Source of the DNA: a virus
IMG/VR virus record: IMGVR_UViG_3300027973_002218
Span: 1,311 to 65,310 of that record
Direction: 5' to 3' (one strand)
Length of the DNA stretch: 64,000 nucleotides
Position 1 is the first letter of the stretch; each line of letters begins with the position of its first letter. The translations under genes and the position numbers were made by a program. The notes under the pieces were generated by a model. It made no database searches. It was not told where the DNA came from and saw only the letters and a list, made by a program, of their open reading frames with translations. This document shows positions 1-9,898 of the stretch, piece after piece.

Positions 1-5
1 CATTA

Positions 6-605
6 GTGGTTGCATTTCAAGCTCACGAAAATACTATTTTTGGTACTACTGTGGATGAATTTAAAGGAATCTTAAATCAACTAGATTATGATACTATAAA
101 AATTAACGATATAAACGGGCAATATTTTTTTAACGGAATTGACGAAACATATAATTCGTTTAATAAAGTATTGGAATTATTATCGGGATATACTTCAGGT
201 TACACAAAAACAGTTTTTATTGGTAATTGCGCTGGAGGTCATGCAGCGATTCTTTTTGGTACAATGTTAAATGTTAACAAAGTTATCGGATTCAATACCG
301 TTTCATATTTGGACCAAACAACTTTATTATTAAATGATGATGGTAGAGATGACCAAGTAAGTTTTTTAGACCAATCGAATGAATATCTAAATTTAAAACC
401 ATATTTGGAATCGGCAAATTATAATACTCAAATATATTCTATTGTTGCACAAAATGCCGAAAGACACGTAAAACAATCCAATAACATTTCAACATGCCCA
501 AACGTTACTATTGAAATGATTGATTGCGATACACCAAAAGTGGCGTATTATTTAATGAGACAAAATCAATTAGTTTCTAAAATTGTTAGTATTATTGAAT
601 CGTAA
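6..605 (+). CDS. alpha/beta-hydrolase-fold protein, probably 5'-truncated by the window edge
   Basis: FIGNCAGGHAAILFG resembles the G-x-S-x-G nucleophile elbow with Cys replacing Ser; the frame is open back to the window start. Confidence 0.5.
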   Translation: MVAFQAHENTIFGTTVDEFKGILNQLDYDTIKINDINGQYFFNGIDETYNSFNKVLELLSGYTSGYTKTVFIGNCAGGHAAILFGTMLNVNKVIGFNTVSYLDQTTLLLNDDGRDDQVSFLDQSNEYLNLKPYLESANYNTQIYSIVAQNAERHVKQSNNISTCPNVTIEMIDCDTPKVAYYLMRQNQLVSKIVSIIES

Positions 606-1271
606 TTATATTTCGTAATTAAAAAACTTAAAATCTTCTTCAAACACTTCCAAAATAATATCTTTAATTTTAGGAGTTAACATTAAATCATATTTATGTT
701 CTAAATTAGATTTATTTATATTGGATAAGGAAGAAATTTCAGTGGATAAGAAATTATTAAGTGATACAATTTCTTTTGAGATATCTTCTAATTTAAAATA
801 CGAAACATTCGATTCTACGTCCCCCCAACTTTTTTGAATTTCAAAAAGTCGAGTACCCCCCCAACTAATACCGTTATTTATACAGTGTTCAACAAAGGAA
901 GTGTTACCGTAAAATTCTTTAATAAAATTTTCAGATTTAATAGATTCGTAAAAATGATTTGTAAATGTTGGAAAATTGTAATTAGAGAATTTTATAGACT
1001 TAACATTATGTGTAATTTTCATTAAATGAAAATAGGATGAAACAAATCTGGTGTAAGGGTCTCTTGTAACTTGTAGTATTTTATATTCAGACAAATCGTT
1101 GACCTCAAAAATCTTAACAATTTCACTTAACTTTAAATGAATTAACGGTTTTAAAATTTTTTTTATTGGATTGGAAAATTGAATTCCATTTTGGCTCATA
1201 GTCTCTTTGAGAGAATTGGATGCGGTTTTGGGTGGCATCAGTACAATAAGTTTCTTGTCCTTATCTATCAT
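606..1271 (-). CDS. PAPS-dependent sulfotransferase (Sulfotransfer_2-like)
   Basis: 5'-PSB motif PPKTASNS and 3'-PB motif RDPYTRFVSSY; start moved to ATG 1271 (MIDKDKK), which overlaps the upstream stop. Confidence 0.8.
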   Translation of the reverse strand: MIDKDKKLIVLMPPKTASNSLKETMSQNGIQFSNPIKKILKPLIHLKLSEIVKIFEVNDLSEYKILQVTRDPYTRFVSSYFHLMKITHNVKSIKFSNYNFPTFTNHFYESIKSENFIKEFYGNTSFVEHCINNGISWGGTRLFEIQKSWGDVESNVSYFKLEDISKEIVSLNNFLSTEISSLSNINKSNLEHKYDLMLTPKIKDIILEVFEEDFKFFNYEI

Positions 1272-1830
1272 ATTTTTCAAATAAAGATTCCTCAATCCAA
1301 TCAACAATTAAATGTATCCTATCTGTTTGTCCTAAATTTTCAGCGGAGTGCATTTTTTTATCATTATTAATTTCCCACATTTCACCTAATTTTAAATTCC
1401 TCTTGTCATCACCTACGGTAAAAAAACAATCATCATTTGTTTGTATTGGAATATGAATTCTCCTGCCAATAGATAAGCTAAATCCAACAACATCTACGTG
1501 AGGTCTAATTGATTTACCTGCAGTTAGTTTAACTAAAAGAGCCCTCATAATTTTACCATTTTCACCAGTATTCGCTTTAATATGATTTTCCATCTCTGTA
1601 AGTTCATTTACAAATAAAGGATAATGGTTGGTTGGCATAATTTTTAAATGGTTAAAATTAAATGACTTATCAAAAATTATTGGTATTGTTTTAGTGTGTA
1701 TATGTTCGGAACCATACCGTTTTTGTCGGTCAGTAAATTCATCCCAATCTAAATTATTGTCGGACATAATTTTTAGAATTGGCTCAACATTAATTTTACC
1801 ATGTAATTGAAAAGTCTCATTTATAACCAT
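1261..1830 (-). CDS. 2OG-Fe(II) oxygenase, aspartyl/asparaginyl beta-hydroxylase-like
   Basis: HxD (PHVD), RIHIPI, distal His (MHSAEN) and RIHLIVD, typical of this family. Confidence 0.8.
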   Translation of the reverse strand: MVINETFQLHGKINVEPILKIMSDNNLDWDEFTDRQKRYGSEHIHTKTIPIIFDKSFNFNHLKIMPTNHYPLFVNELTEMENHIKANTGENGKIMRALLVKLTAGKSIRPHVDVVGFSLSIGRRIHIPIQTNDDCFFTVGDDKRNLKLGEMWEINNDKKMHSAENLGQTDRIHLIVDWIEESLFEKYDR

Positions 1831-1843
1831 ATTTATAAATATG
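1828..1843. promoter_or_regulatory. perfect 16-bp palindrome CATATTTATAAATATG containing both divergent start codons and a TATTTAT motif on each strand
   Basis: read directly from the sequence. Confidence 0.6.
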
Positions 1844-2176
1844 AAACCATATGAAAAATTTTTAAACGAAAGTATTGGTCTTAAAGAACTTATAGAAATA
1901 TATCTACAATTAAGACAACATTTCCAAGAGATAGGGTTTAGTGACAGCGATTTAGAAAGCCCTCCGACGTATACACCTTTGATGATGACGTTACATCAAA
2001 GGTTTGGTCTAAGACAAAAAGCTTTATTTCAGCAAGTAAAAGATTATGGTTTTAATATTGATTGGAATGAATTTACAGATTACATGAAACCAATATTAAC
2101 TAAAATAGATGAACTAACACCATTAAGCCATGGCAATTACAAAAGAGGAAATCAAGGGGACGAAGATTTTGAATGA
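1841..2176 (+). CDS. hypothetical protein
   Basis: 111 aa ORF after a TATTTAT motif; N-terminal FLNE-S putative protease site. Confidence 0.6.
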   Translation: MKPYEKFLNESIGLKELIEIYLQLRQHFQEIGFSDSDLESPPTYTPLMMTLHQRFGLRQKALFQQVKDYGFNIDWNEFTDYMKPILTKIDELTPLSHGNYKRGNQGDEDFE

Positions 2177-2372
2177 AATTAAATCTTCAAACATTAAGAA
2201 AACTGAATACGATACTGAAACAAATAAGTTAATCGTTGAGTTTAATAACGGATTAAAATATGAATACGAGGGAGTACCTCATCAGGCATACACTGCCTTC
2301 AGAAAATCCGAATCACAGGGAAAGTATTTTACCACAGATATTTCAAAAAAGTATAAGTATAAAAAACTATAG
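2130..2372 (+). CDS. KTSC domain protein
   Basis: SSNIKKTEYD...LIVEFNNG..YEYEGVP...Y.AF..SESQGKYF matches the KTSC pattern. Confidence 0.85.
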   Translation: MAITKEEIKGTKILNEIKSSNIKKTEYDTETNKLIVEFNNGLKYEYEGVPHQAYTAFRKSESQGKYFTTDISKKYKYKKL

Positions 2373-2393
2373 TTATCCTACTATTTATTTAGG

Positions 2394-3146
2394 ATGAGCA
2401 ACTTCGAAAAAATTTTACATAGTTTTTCAATTAAAGAAACTTTAAATCCAAAAGTTTGGGAAAATCCTGAAGACCCTAAAAAGGCTACGATGATTCCTAA
2501 AGTTAGGAAAGCTCTTGAACGCATCGCAGTTGAATTTGTTGATGACTTAGGAGAAGATGTTTTTGTTGAAGACGTTTATCTAATGGGTTCATTGGCTAAT
2601 TTTAATTGGTCTGAATATTCAGACTTTGATTTACATGTTATTGTTGATTTTGAAAAATATGAAAATCAAGAAGATTTATATAAAGAACTTTTTGATTTAA
2701 AAAAGAAACTTTTTAACGACAAACATAACATTAAAATTTTTGGATATGATGTAGAAGTTTATGCTCAAGGCATTTCAGATGAATCTCATAGTGATGGTGT
2801 TTATTCTGTAATGAATAATGAATGGATTCACAAACCTAAAAGAACAAGTAAAGATTTGGACATGTCAGTTTTAAAAACCAAAATTAAAAGTTGGACAGAT
2901 AAGATTGATGACGCAATTGAAGATGCAAAATCTGAAGGGAATGTTGAAACATTAAAAAAATTAAAAGACAAACTAAAAGACTATAGACAGTCAGGGTTAG
3001 ACAAAGATGGAGAATTTTCTTATGAGAACTTGGTTTTCAAATATTTAAGAAGGTCTGGGCATATTGGTAAACTTTTTGACGAAAAGACTAAAATCAAGGA
3101 TAAAGAGTTGTCCATAGAAGGACAAATTCAAGAAATCCGTAAATAA
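2394..3146 (+). CDS. Pol-beta-superfamily nucleotidyltransferase
   Basis: hGS-x-DxD signature LMGSLANFNWSEYSDFDLHV, third acidic residue in YDVEVY. Confidence 0.75.
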   Translation: MSNFEKILHSFSIKETLNPKVWENPEDPKKATMIPKVRKALERIAVEFVDDLGEDVFVEDVYLMGSLANFNWSEYSDFDLHVIVDFEKYENQEDLYKELFDLKKKLFNDKHNIKIFGYDVEVYAQGISDESHSDGVYSVMNNEWIHKPKRTSKDLDMSVLKTKIKSWTDKIDDAIEDAKSEGNVETLKKLKDKLKDYRQSGLDKDGEFSYENLVFKYLRRSGHIGKLFDEKTKIKDKELSIEGQIQEIRK

Positions 3147-3183
3147 TTAGTATTAGTCATATATTTATAAAGAAAAAAATTAG

Positions 3184-4002
3184 ATGGCATTAGTAACATA
3201 TCTTATAGGTCCTTGTGCTGGCGGAGCTTCAATATTAGTTGATTTTGATAGTTCATCACTGCCTGCGGTTAATGGAAATTATTATTTAACATTTACTGGC
3301 GGGACAACTCAGGGATGTTATGACATTATTGATAATGCAGAACCATCAACTGGAATTGACAAAGTACTAACTATGTCAATAGATTATACTGATTGCGCTA
3401 CTTGCCAAGCTATTGTGACTCCAACGCCAACAGTAACAACAACTCCAACAAAAACACCAACACCAACAGGAACCGCAAGTGTAACATCTACACCAACACC
3501 AACAGGAACCGCGGCCGTTACACCAACTCCAACACCGACAAGAACGGCAAGTGTAACATCAACACCAACGCCAACTAACACTGCAACAAAGACACCGACT
3601 CCAACAGTTACTACGACACAAACTCAAACGCCAACTAACACTGCAACAAAGACACCGACTCCAACAGTTACTACGACACAAACTCAAACGCCAACTAACA
3701 CTGCAACAAAGACACCGACTCCAACACCAACAGGAACAGCAGGAGTAACTCCAACACCAACAGGAACGGCAGGAGTAACTCCAACGGTTACACCTACACC
3801 ATCACAAACACCAGGATTTACAGGATTTTCTGCTGACCAACAATATGCTTACACTCTTGATATTTTAGGAAGTTTCAGTGGTGGAAGTGCAGATTTTAGT
3901 GGGGCTTACGCACCTCACCCTGTATTTACAAATCAATTGGGTGAAGCGGTACAACAATTAAACGCAATCACAATAGGTGGATTTAACGGATTAAATAATT
4001 AA
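3184..4002 (+). CDS. Pro/Thr-repeat (mucin-like) putative virion protein
   Basis: Cys-containing N-domain, ~130 aa TPT tract, short C-domain; no signal peptide. Confidence 0.65.
   Translation: MALVTYLIGPCAGGASILVDFDSSSLPAVNGNYYLTFTGGTTQGCYDIIDNAEPSTGIDKVLTMSIDYTDCATCQAIVTPTPTVTTTPTKTPTPTGTASVTSTPTPTGTAAVTPTPTPTRTASVTSTPTPTNTATKTPTPTVTTTQTQTPTNTATKTPTPTVTTTQTQTPTNTATKTPTPTPTGTAGVTPTPTGTAGVTPTVTPTPSQTPGFTGFSADQQYAYTLDILGSFSGGSADFSGAYAPHPVFTNQLGEAVQQLNAITIGGFNGLNN
3568..3726 (+). repeat. 60-bp perfect tandem repeat (~2.6 copies) encoding [20 protein letters not shown]
   Basis: lines 3601 and 3661 are identical over 60 nt. Confidence 0.95.
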
Positions 4003-4020
4003 AAATAAATAAATCATAAT

Positions 4021-5247
4021 ATGGGAGATTTAAAACCAATTGGCAGTGAAAAACTTCAAGGTCAAGATAAAATAAAAAGAATAATGGAAATCGCTCGTTT
4101 TAACGAGACGACTCCATCGAGTATAAATGAAACTTCAAAATCAGAGTATTCAAGAACTTTGTCTGATGGAAGTAACTACGAAATCGTTAAAGAAAGACAA
4201 GGTTACATCATTAAGAAAACTATTTCTGAATCTGAAACTGATTATATTGAGCCAATGAAAAATAGAAAATACTATTCTTCATATTCTCAGGCATTAAAAA
4301 GATTAAATTTAGTTGCAGGTGAGTTGAATAGACTTAACGAAAACGAAGAAGGTACTTCAATGTTTGGAGAACAAAAAAGATATACTTTAAAAACTCCTAA
4401 ACCAGAACCTGTACCAGCACCAGCACCAGCACCAATGGAAGCTGCGGTTCCACCTATGGCACCTCCAGCAGTACCTTCACCTGAATTACCACCATCACCA
4501 ATGGGAGATGAGGGTATGGGTGTAGATTCATTAGATATTGACGCAGAAATGGGACCTGAAGGTGACGTTGAAATGGACGCAGATGTAGACATGGAAATGG
4601 ACGGAGGAGATGACGAACAAGTAACGTTTAAAACAATTCAAAAACTAACAGGTAAATTAACTCAAAAAATTAGAACTTTAGATAATGAAGAAGGAATGAC
4701 TTCTGAAGATATCAAATATGTTATTAATATGGTTATTTCATCTTTAGATTTGAAATCTTTAAGTGAAGAAGATAAAGATGATATCATGGATAAGTTTGAT
4801 GAAGATTCTGAAGACATGGGTGGTGATGATATGGGAGGTGAAGACTTTACTGACGATACTGAGGTTGAAGATATCCAAGCTGATATGGACATGCCTGTTG
4901 AAAGTGAAATGGAAGAAGACTTTGGAAATGGTGCAATTTTAGACCATATCTTTGGTGAATCAAAAATTGATAAGGTAATCTCAAAGTATTTTGAAGTTAC
5001 TAAAAAAGAAATCATGGAAAGTAGAGAAAAAGTTGCTAAGAAAAAAGTAGCAAAAATTTCTGAAGTTAGAAAACAAATGGGTGCGGTTGTTAAGTTAACT
5101 GAAACAATTGAACAAGAATTAGCGTCTCAACAATTCTTAACTAAAAATTCTTCAGCTAAGATTGTTGGCAAAACCAATAAGAAAAACTTGGTATTTGAAA
5201 ACAAAGGTAAACAAGTTAGAATAACACCTGAAGGACAAATTTTGTAA
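4021..5247 (+). CDS. hypothetical protein, putative prohead/internal protein
   Basis: 408 aa with Pro-rich and acidic linkers and several h-x-E sites; lies in the head module. Confidence 0.5.
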   Translation: MGDLKPIGSEKLQGQDKIKRIMEIARFNETTPSSINETSKSEYSRTLSDGSNYEIVKERQGYIIKKTISESETDYIEPMKNRKYYSSYSQALKRLNLVAGELNRLNENEEGTSMFGEQKRYTLKTPKPEPVPAPAPAPMEAAVPPMAPPAVPSPELPPSPMGDEGMGVDSLDIDAEMGPEGDVEMDADVDMEMDGGDDEQVTFKTIQKLTGKLTQKIRTLDNEEGMTSEDIKYVINMVISSLDLKSLSEEDKDDIMDKFDEDSEDMGGDDMGGEDFTDDTEVEDIQADMDMPVESEMEEDFGNGAILDHIFGESKIDKVISKYFEVTKKEIMESREKVAKKKVAKISEVRKQMGAVVKLTETIEQELASQQFLTKNSSAKIVGKTNKKNLVFENKGKQVRITPEGQIL

Positions 5248-5248
5248 T

Positions 5249-5644
5249 ATGAGTAATTTGATATACGTAAATGGTTTAGGACCCAACTATAAGGGAGACA
5301 ATCTTTACGAATTCATATTCTCTGAAAGTCTGGATGTGTGGGGGGAATCTTGGGAAAGTAAACCATCAAATGGTTATCCTGGGCCTCCTGAGTTACAATA
5401 TATTAAAAAAGTAGGAGTTCTGAGAAATACTGATATAAAATTGGAATTGATTCAGAACTCCGATTTTTTTTGTATGATAGATGCGATTGACGATGTTGTC
5501 GCATTAGCCTGGGAACCTGATGAAGAAAATGGACAAAATCGTATGGTTTTTAGATTCGGAATGACCGAACAACAAATAAAAGACAAACTCTATGAACGAG
5601 ATTTGATTTTAGAATTTGAAAAGAAAGTAGTATATGAAAATTAA
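5249..5644 (+). CDS. hypothetical protein
   Basis: 131 aa ORF in the operon. Confidence 0.6.
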   Translation: MSNLIYVNGLGPNYKGDNLYEFIFSESLDVWGESWESKPSNGYPGPPELQYIKKVGVLRNTDIKLELIQNSDFFCMIDAIDDVVALAWEPDEENGQNRMVFRFGMTEQQIKDKLYERDLILEFEKKVVYEN

Positions 5645-6656
5645 TAAAAAAGCATTAGAACTTATAGAAAAAGGGTTATCATCTACAACAGTTAGTAAGT
5701 TAGATGAATCTCAAATTAATGTTCTACATAATAGATTATTTTTAGGGGAACAAGTTGAAGAAATGCCGACTAAAAAAAGTTATAAAGTTGGACAAGACGG
5801 TGGAAATTTACCACCATCACCAAAAGGGTATAATGTAAAGAAAACACCAACAGGAGATGTTGTTGCAACTCCAAACGAATCTGAATTAGAGGAAGATGCT
5901 GATTTAGATGATTCTGCCGAAAAAGATAGTGGTTTTGACCCTTATGCAGGTAATAGTGTTGGAAATGACGACGGTCCATCTAGTGATGATGGATTTGGTG
6001 GTGGAGATGACGGTATGGGTATGTTTGAAAGTGAAGCTGACCTTAAGCCAGGACAACCAAATCCATGGGCAATATGCCATGCACAAGTTGGTCCTAAAAA
6101 AACAAGAAAATTTGAAAGATGTGTACAATCTGTAAAAGACCAGTTGAAAGAAGGAAAAAATCCTGTATCTTTGTTCATCGAAAATCAAATTATGAAAATA
6201 GTAGAAAAGAATTTACCACCGAGAATCACTAAGGGTGATTTAATTAGACATCTGTCCGAAGGTGAAAATTTTGCAACAAAACACTTGCAATCATTTGGTA
6301 AAAGTTCTAATACTGAAACTGCTCCAGCAAAACCAAAAACATCACCAACAACAAAACCAGGAGCACCTGATAAAAAACCAAGACCCGCACATCCTGGTAA
6401 AAATCCAAACCCTGGTGAAAAAGAAGCTCCAAAGGCAAAAGTAAAAAAAGAAGTTGGGGAACAAAATCCAGCAGTTGCGCCAACAAAACCAAAAACAAGT
6501 CCGACAACAAAACCTGGCACAAAACCTCAAAGACCTGCACATCCTGGTAAGAATCCAAACCCTGGCGAAAAAGAGTCCCCAAAGGCAAAAAACCCTTCTC
6601 CTGAAGAAACAAAAGATAAAGTAATTGACGTAATATTAAACCTCCTACAAAAGTAA
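5634..6656 (+). CDS. hypothetical protein with a duplicated basic Pro/Lys repeat and a Cys-pair microdomain
   Basis: two copies of P.KPKTSPTTKPG...RPAHPGKNPNPGEKE.PKAK; NPWAIC...FERCV. Confidence 0.6.
   Translation: MKINKKALELIEKGLSSTTVSKLDESQINVLHNRLFLGEQVEEMPTKKSYKVGQDGGNLPPSPKGYNVKKTPTGDVVATPNESELEEDADLDDSAEKDSGFDPYAGNSVGNDDGPSSDDGFGGGDDGMGMFESEADLKPGQPNPWAICHAQVGPKKTRKFERCVQSVKDQLKEGKNPVSLFIENQIMKIVEKNLPPRITKGDLIRHLSEGENFATKHLQSFGKSSNTETAPAKPKTSPTTKPGAPDKKPRPAHPGKNPNPGEKEAPKAKVKKEVGEQNPAVAPTKPKTSPTTKPGTKPQRPAHPGKNPNPGEKESPKAKNPSPEETKDKVIDVILNLLQK
6321..6590 (+). repeat. two imperfect direct copies of a ~40-codon unit
   Basis: copies begin near 6321 and 6477. Confidence 0.8.
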
Positions 6657-6657
6657 A

Positions 6658-8091
6658 ATGGCAAAAAAGATTAAAGAACAAATAGATTACGGAAATACTC
6701 CCGAAAGAATGGACCCAAGTTTAGTAAAAAAATTAGGTAGTCCTGAAAGTTTGTACGCACAAAATCCTGCAATGAAAAAGGGACCTGCTGATGTTCAAAG
6801 ATTAGTCAGTCAAAGATTTCAAAAAGTAGCTGACAAATTAAGACAAGTAACGGGAATAGCAGATTTAAGTTCAAAACAAGTTCAAGGGATGGTTTACAAT
6901 GAAATGATGAGGAAAATTCCTAATATCATGAGAATTGAGGCTGCTCATAAAGATGAACTTATACAATTGGCGATTGACGCTTGTTTAGATGAAGGTGAAG
7001 TACCTGAAGGATGGTATCAAATTGATGCTCATTTAGGAGAACAACCAGATACATCAGATTTTAGATATCAGCCAGAAGAGCCTAAAGATGATGAAGAAGA
7101 AGAAGAAGAAAAATTAGAAATTCCATCTTTTGATATTGAAGATTTAACAGATGAAGAAGAATTAGAATTAGAAAAACATAAAAGAAATATTATAAATGCC
7201 ATCATTCAAGGGTCGGCAAAAAGAGGACATTACCTTTTTCAAAAACCAGCGGTTAAAGCAAGATTAGATGCAATTGACCCATCTTTATATAGAGATTATT
7301 TAGGTATCATGGCAATTAATGATTTCATGTATTTTACTATGGAACAAATGATTGAGATGATGAGTCAAACAGGTCAAGGTGTGGCAGGTAAAGTATCATT
7401 AGACGACGCAGACGATGAAGGAGAAGAAGGTGGAGAAGAAGGGGAAGGTGAAGAACAACCTGACACAAAAATTGTTGCAGTAGGGTTGATTTTTCCAATT
7501 TTATGTCATGAAATTATTAAAGGGTTAGAAGAAGCCAAAGGTAGATACGGTCATTCTAAAAATCCTGAAATTCGTCAAAAAGTTAGAGGAGCTGTTGATG
7601 TATTATCTAACGAACCAATGCAATTGAGAATAGGCCCTGAAATTGTAGAAAAACTTAGATACGCATTACCTGACGAAATGTATGATGAATCAAATAAAGG
7701 TTTAACTCCTTGGTTCCACATATTATTATATCAAATACCTGCACAAGAATTTTTAAAAATTATCGGAAATGCAATATCTGAAGACCAATCAAAAGTTAAA
7801 ATTGCAACTTCAAAATTTAAAGAAATTATGAAAGAGGCTCAAAAAATGAAGTCTGACTTTGATAATTTTAGAGAAGATGGTGAATCTGACGATAGTAATT
7901 TAAATCCTAGTGGTAAGTTTAGTTCTTACGACGATGATGAAGATTCTGATGTTGATTATGCCCCTGAAGAAGAGGACGATGATGAGGATTATCTTACAGA
8001 CATGGATAATTACTTAGATAGTTTGGGGATAAAAAAACCCGACAATCTTGACGACTTATTAGGTGGTTTGGGCATATCGTTATCCAAATAA
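6658..8091 (+). CDS. hypothetical protein upstream of terminase
   Basis: 477 aa with acidic tracts; no recognised family. Confidence 0.6.
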   Translation: MAKKIKEQIDYGNTPERMDPSLVKKLGSPESLYAQNPAMKKGPADVQRLVSQRFQKVADKLRQVTGIADLSSKQVQGMVYNEMMRKIPNIMRIEAAHKDELIQLAIDACLDEGEVPEGWYQIDAHLGEQPDTSDFRYQPEEPKDDEEEEEEKLEIPSFDIEDLTDEEELELEKHKRNIINAIIQGSAKRGHYLFQKPAVKARLDAIDPSLYRDYLGIMAINDFMYFTMEQMIEMMSQTGQGVAGKVSLDDADDEGEEGGEEGEGEEQPDTKIVAVGLIFPILCHEIIKGLEEAKGRYGHSKNPEIRQKVRGAVDVLSNEPMQLRIGPEIVEKLRYALPDEMYDESNKGLTPWFHILLYQIPAQEFLKIIGNAISEDQSKVKIATSKFKEIMKEAQKMKSDFDNFREDGESDDSNLNPSGKFSSYDDDEDSDVDYAPEEEDDDEDYLTDMDNYLDSLGIKKPDNLDDLLGGLGISLSK

Positions 8092-8100
8092 CCAAAATTT

Positions 8101-9855
8101 GTGAATAGAGAACAATTAATTATAGAAGTGACGAAGTGTATGAGGAATACTCCTTACGCACTTCGTACTTATTTACAGACCTACGATAACACCGTATCCA
8201 AATACGTTCCGTTAGATTTATTTCCAGACCAAATAAAATTAATCGAAGATTACGATAACTACAATGAAAACGTTGCCCTGAAATACAGACAGGCAGGAGT
8301 TTCAACAGTTACCGCTGCATGGGCATCAAAAAGATTAGTTTTTGCCAAAAAGAATAAACCTGAAAAAATCCTAATCATTGCCAACAAATTAGATACGGCA
8401 GTGGAGATGGCAAATAAGGTTAGAGGGTTCACAGAACAGTGGCCTTCGTGGGTTGGAGTAACTTTCTCCAATGAAAAGAACGCACAAAGACATTTCAAAT
8501 TAACTAATGGTTGTGAGATTAAAGCCGTTGCAACATCACGAGATGCTCTTAGAGGTTATACCCCTACCATCTTGATATTTGATGAGGCCGCCTACATTGA
8601 AGCCGACGGAGATTTTTGGGCTGCCTGTATGGCCTCACTATCTACGGGTGGTAAGGTTATTGTTGTATCTACACCAAACGGATATGACCCAATTTATTAT
8701 GAAATCTATGACCAATCTTTGAGAGGTATGAACGATTTCAAAATAACTGAAATGTTTTGGTACCGTGACCCACGATATACAAAAGACTTGTATATGGTTA
8801 AAACTAACGATTTAGTTCATTTTCTTTTGAATAGAGAAGAATACAATCTTGATGAAATCATTATTAATTTGTCTATGGACAATCCATATGATAGAGACCA
8901 CTCCATAGTAACAGACTACATTGAACAAGGATATAAACCGTGTTCTTCTTGGTTTGAAGGTATGGTTAAGAAATTAAAATACGATAGACGTAAAGTAGCT
9001 CAGGAATTGGAATGTAATTTCTTAGGTTCAGGTGATAACGTATTTGATTCTGATATGATGACAGATATTTCTAAAAACCAAGTCAAAGAACCTCAGGCAA
9101 AAATGATGGGAGGAGGACTTTGGATTTTTAAAGAACCTGTTAATGGACATAAGTATGTTATGGGTGTCGACGTATCAAGAGGAGATTCTGAAGACTTTAG
9201 TTGTATTCAAATAATTGACTTTGATACAAGAGAACAAGTCCTTGAATATGTCGGTAAAGTTCCACCAGACATCACTGCAGAGATTGCATATAAGTGGGGT
9301 ACAATGTACAACGCCTATTGTGTGATTGACTTAACAGGGGGTATGGGAGTTGCAACTGCAAGAAAAATGCAAGAGATGGGTTATCAATCAGGAATGTATG
9401 TTGATAATGTTGATACAACAAACAAATGGAAGTTTGACCCTAAATTAAATGAAAAAATACCTGGTATTAATTTTAATAATAAAAGGGTTCAAATTATTGC
9501 CTCATTTGAAGAGTCTATGAGACATAAGTTTAGAATTTATTCAAGTAGGTTATACAATGAAATGAATACGTTTATTTATGTTAATGGTAGACCTGACCAC
9601 CAAAAAGGACATCATGATGATTGTATCATGAGTATCGCTATGGCGATTTACGTTGCAGAAAAATCATTCCAATCTTTAGAAAAAGTTGTAAACCATACTA
9701 AAGCTATGTTAAACTCTTGGTCCACAGCTATCAGTGAGAACAAAAATACGTCAGAGTATTTTAATCCTATGGTTCCTCAAATGGGAAGACAATTCCCAAT
9801 AAACCAAGGTCCATCTCGTGGTGACTATGAAAAATACTCTTGGTTATTTCGTTAA
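8101..9855 (+). CDS. terL: terminase large subunit (T4 gp17-like)
   Basis: LKYRQAGVST (variant Walker A), ILIFDEAAYI (Walker B), VSTPNG (motif III), GVDVSRG and HDDCIM (RNaseH-like nuclease); GTG start. Confidence 0.92.
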   Translation: MNREQLIIEVTKCMRNTPYALRTYLQTYDNTVSKYVPLDLFPDQIKLIEDYDNYNENVALKYRQAGVSTVTAAWASKRLVFAKKNKPEKILIIANKLDTAVEMANKVRGFTEQWPSWVGVTFSNEKNAQRHFKLTNGCEIKAVATSRDALRGYTPTILIFDEAAYIEADGDFWAACMASLSTGGKVIVVSTPNGYDPIYYEIYDQSLRGMNDFKITEMFWYRDPRYTKDLYMVKTNDLVHFLLNREEYNLDEIIINLSMDNPYDRDHSIVTDYIEQGYKPCSSWFEGMVKKLKYDRRKVAQELECNFLGSGDNVFDSDMMTDISKNQVKEPQAKMMGGGLWIFKEPVNGHKYVMGVDVSRGDSEDFSCIQIIDFDTREQVLEYVGKVPPDITAEIAYKWGTMYNAYCVIDLTGGMGVATARKMQEMGYQSGMYVDNVDTTNKWKFDPKLNEKIPGINFNNKRVQIIASFEESMRHKFRIYSSRLYNEMNTFIYVNGRPDHQKGHHDDCIMSIAMAIYVAEKSFQSLEKVVNHTKAMLNSWSTAISENKNTSEYFNPMVPQMGRQFPINQGPSRGDYEKYSWLFR

Positions 9856-9898
9856 CGATAAGTATTTATATTATCAAGGTAACAAGTAAATTTACATT

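Noticed and set aside
3384-3581. Antisense and alternate-frame ORFs over repeats (also 3393, 4287, 4662, 14739, 15078, 53567, 53942, 54395, 56238 and similar)
   Set aside because: Shadows of low-complexity or codon-biased real genes (Val/Gly or Ser runs mirroring TPT and acidic tracts), with no independent signals
3568-3726. 60-bp and other tandem repeats as a possible CRISPR array
   Set aside because: No unique spacers, in-frame coding repeats, no cas genes
6658-8091. Small terminase call for the gene upstream of terL
   Set aside because: Position fits, but 477 aa is too long and no motif supports it
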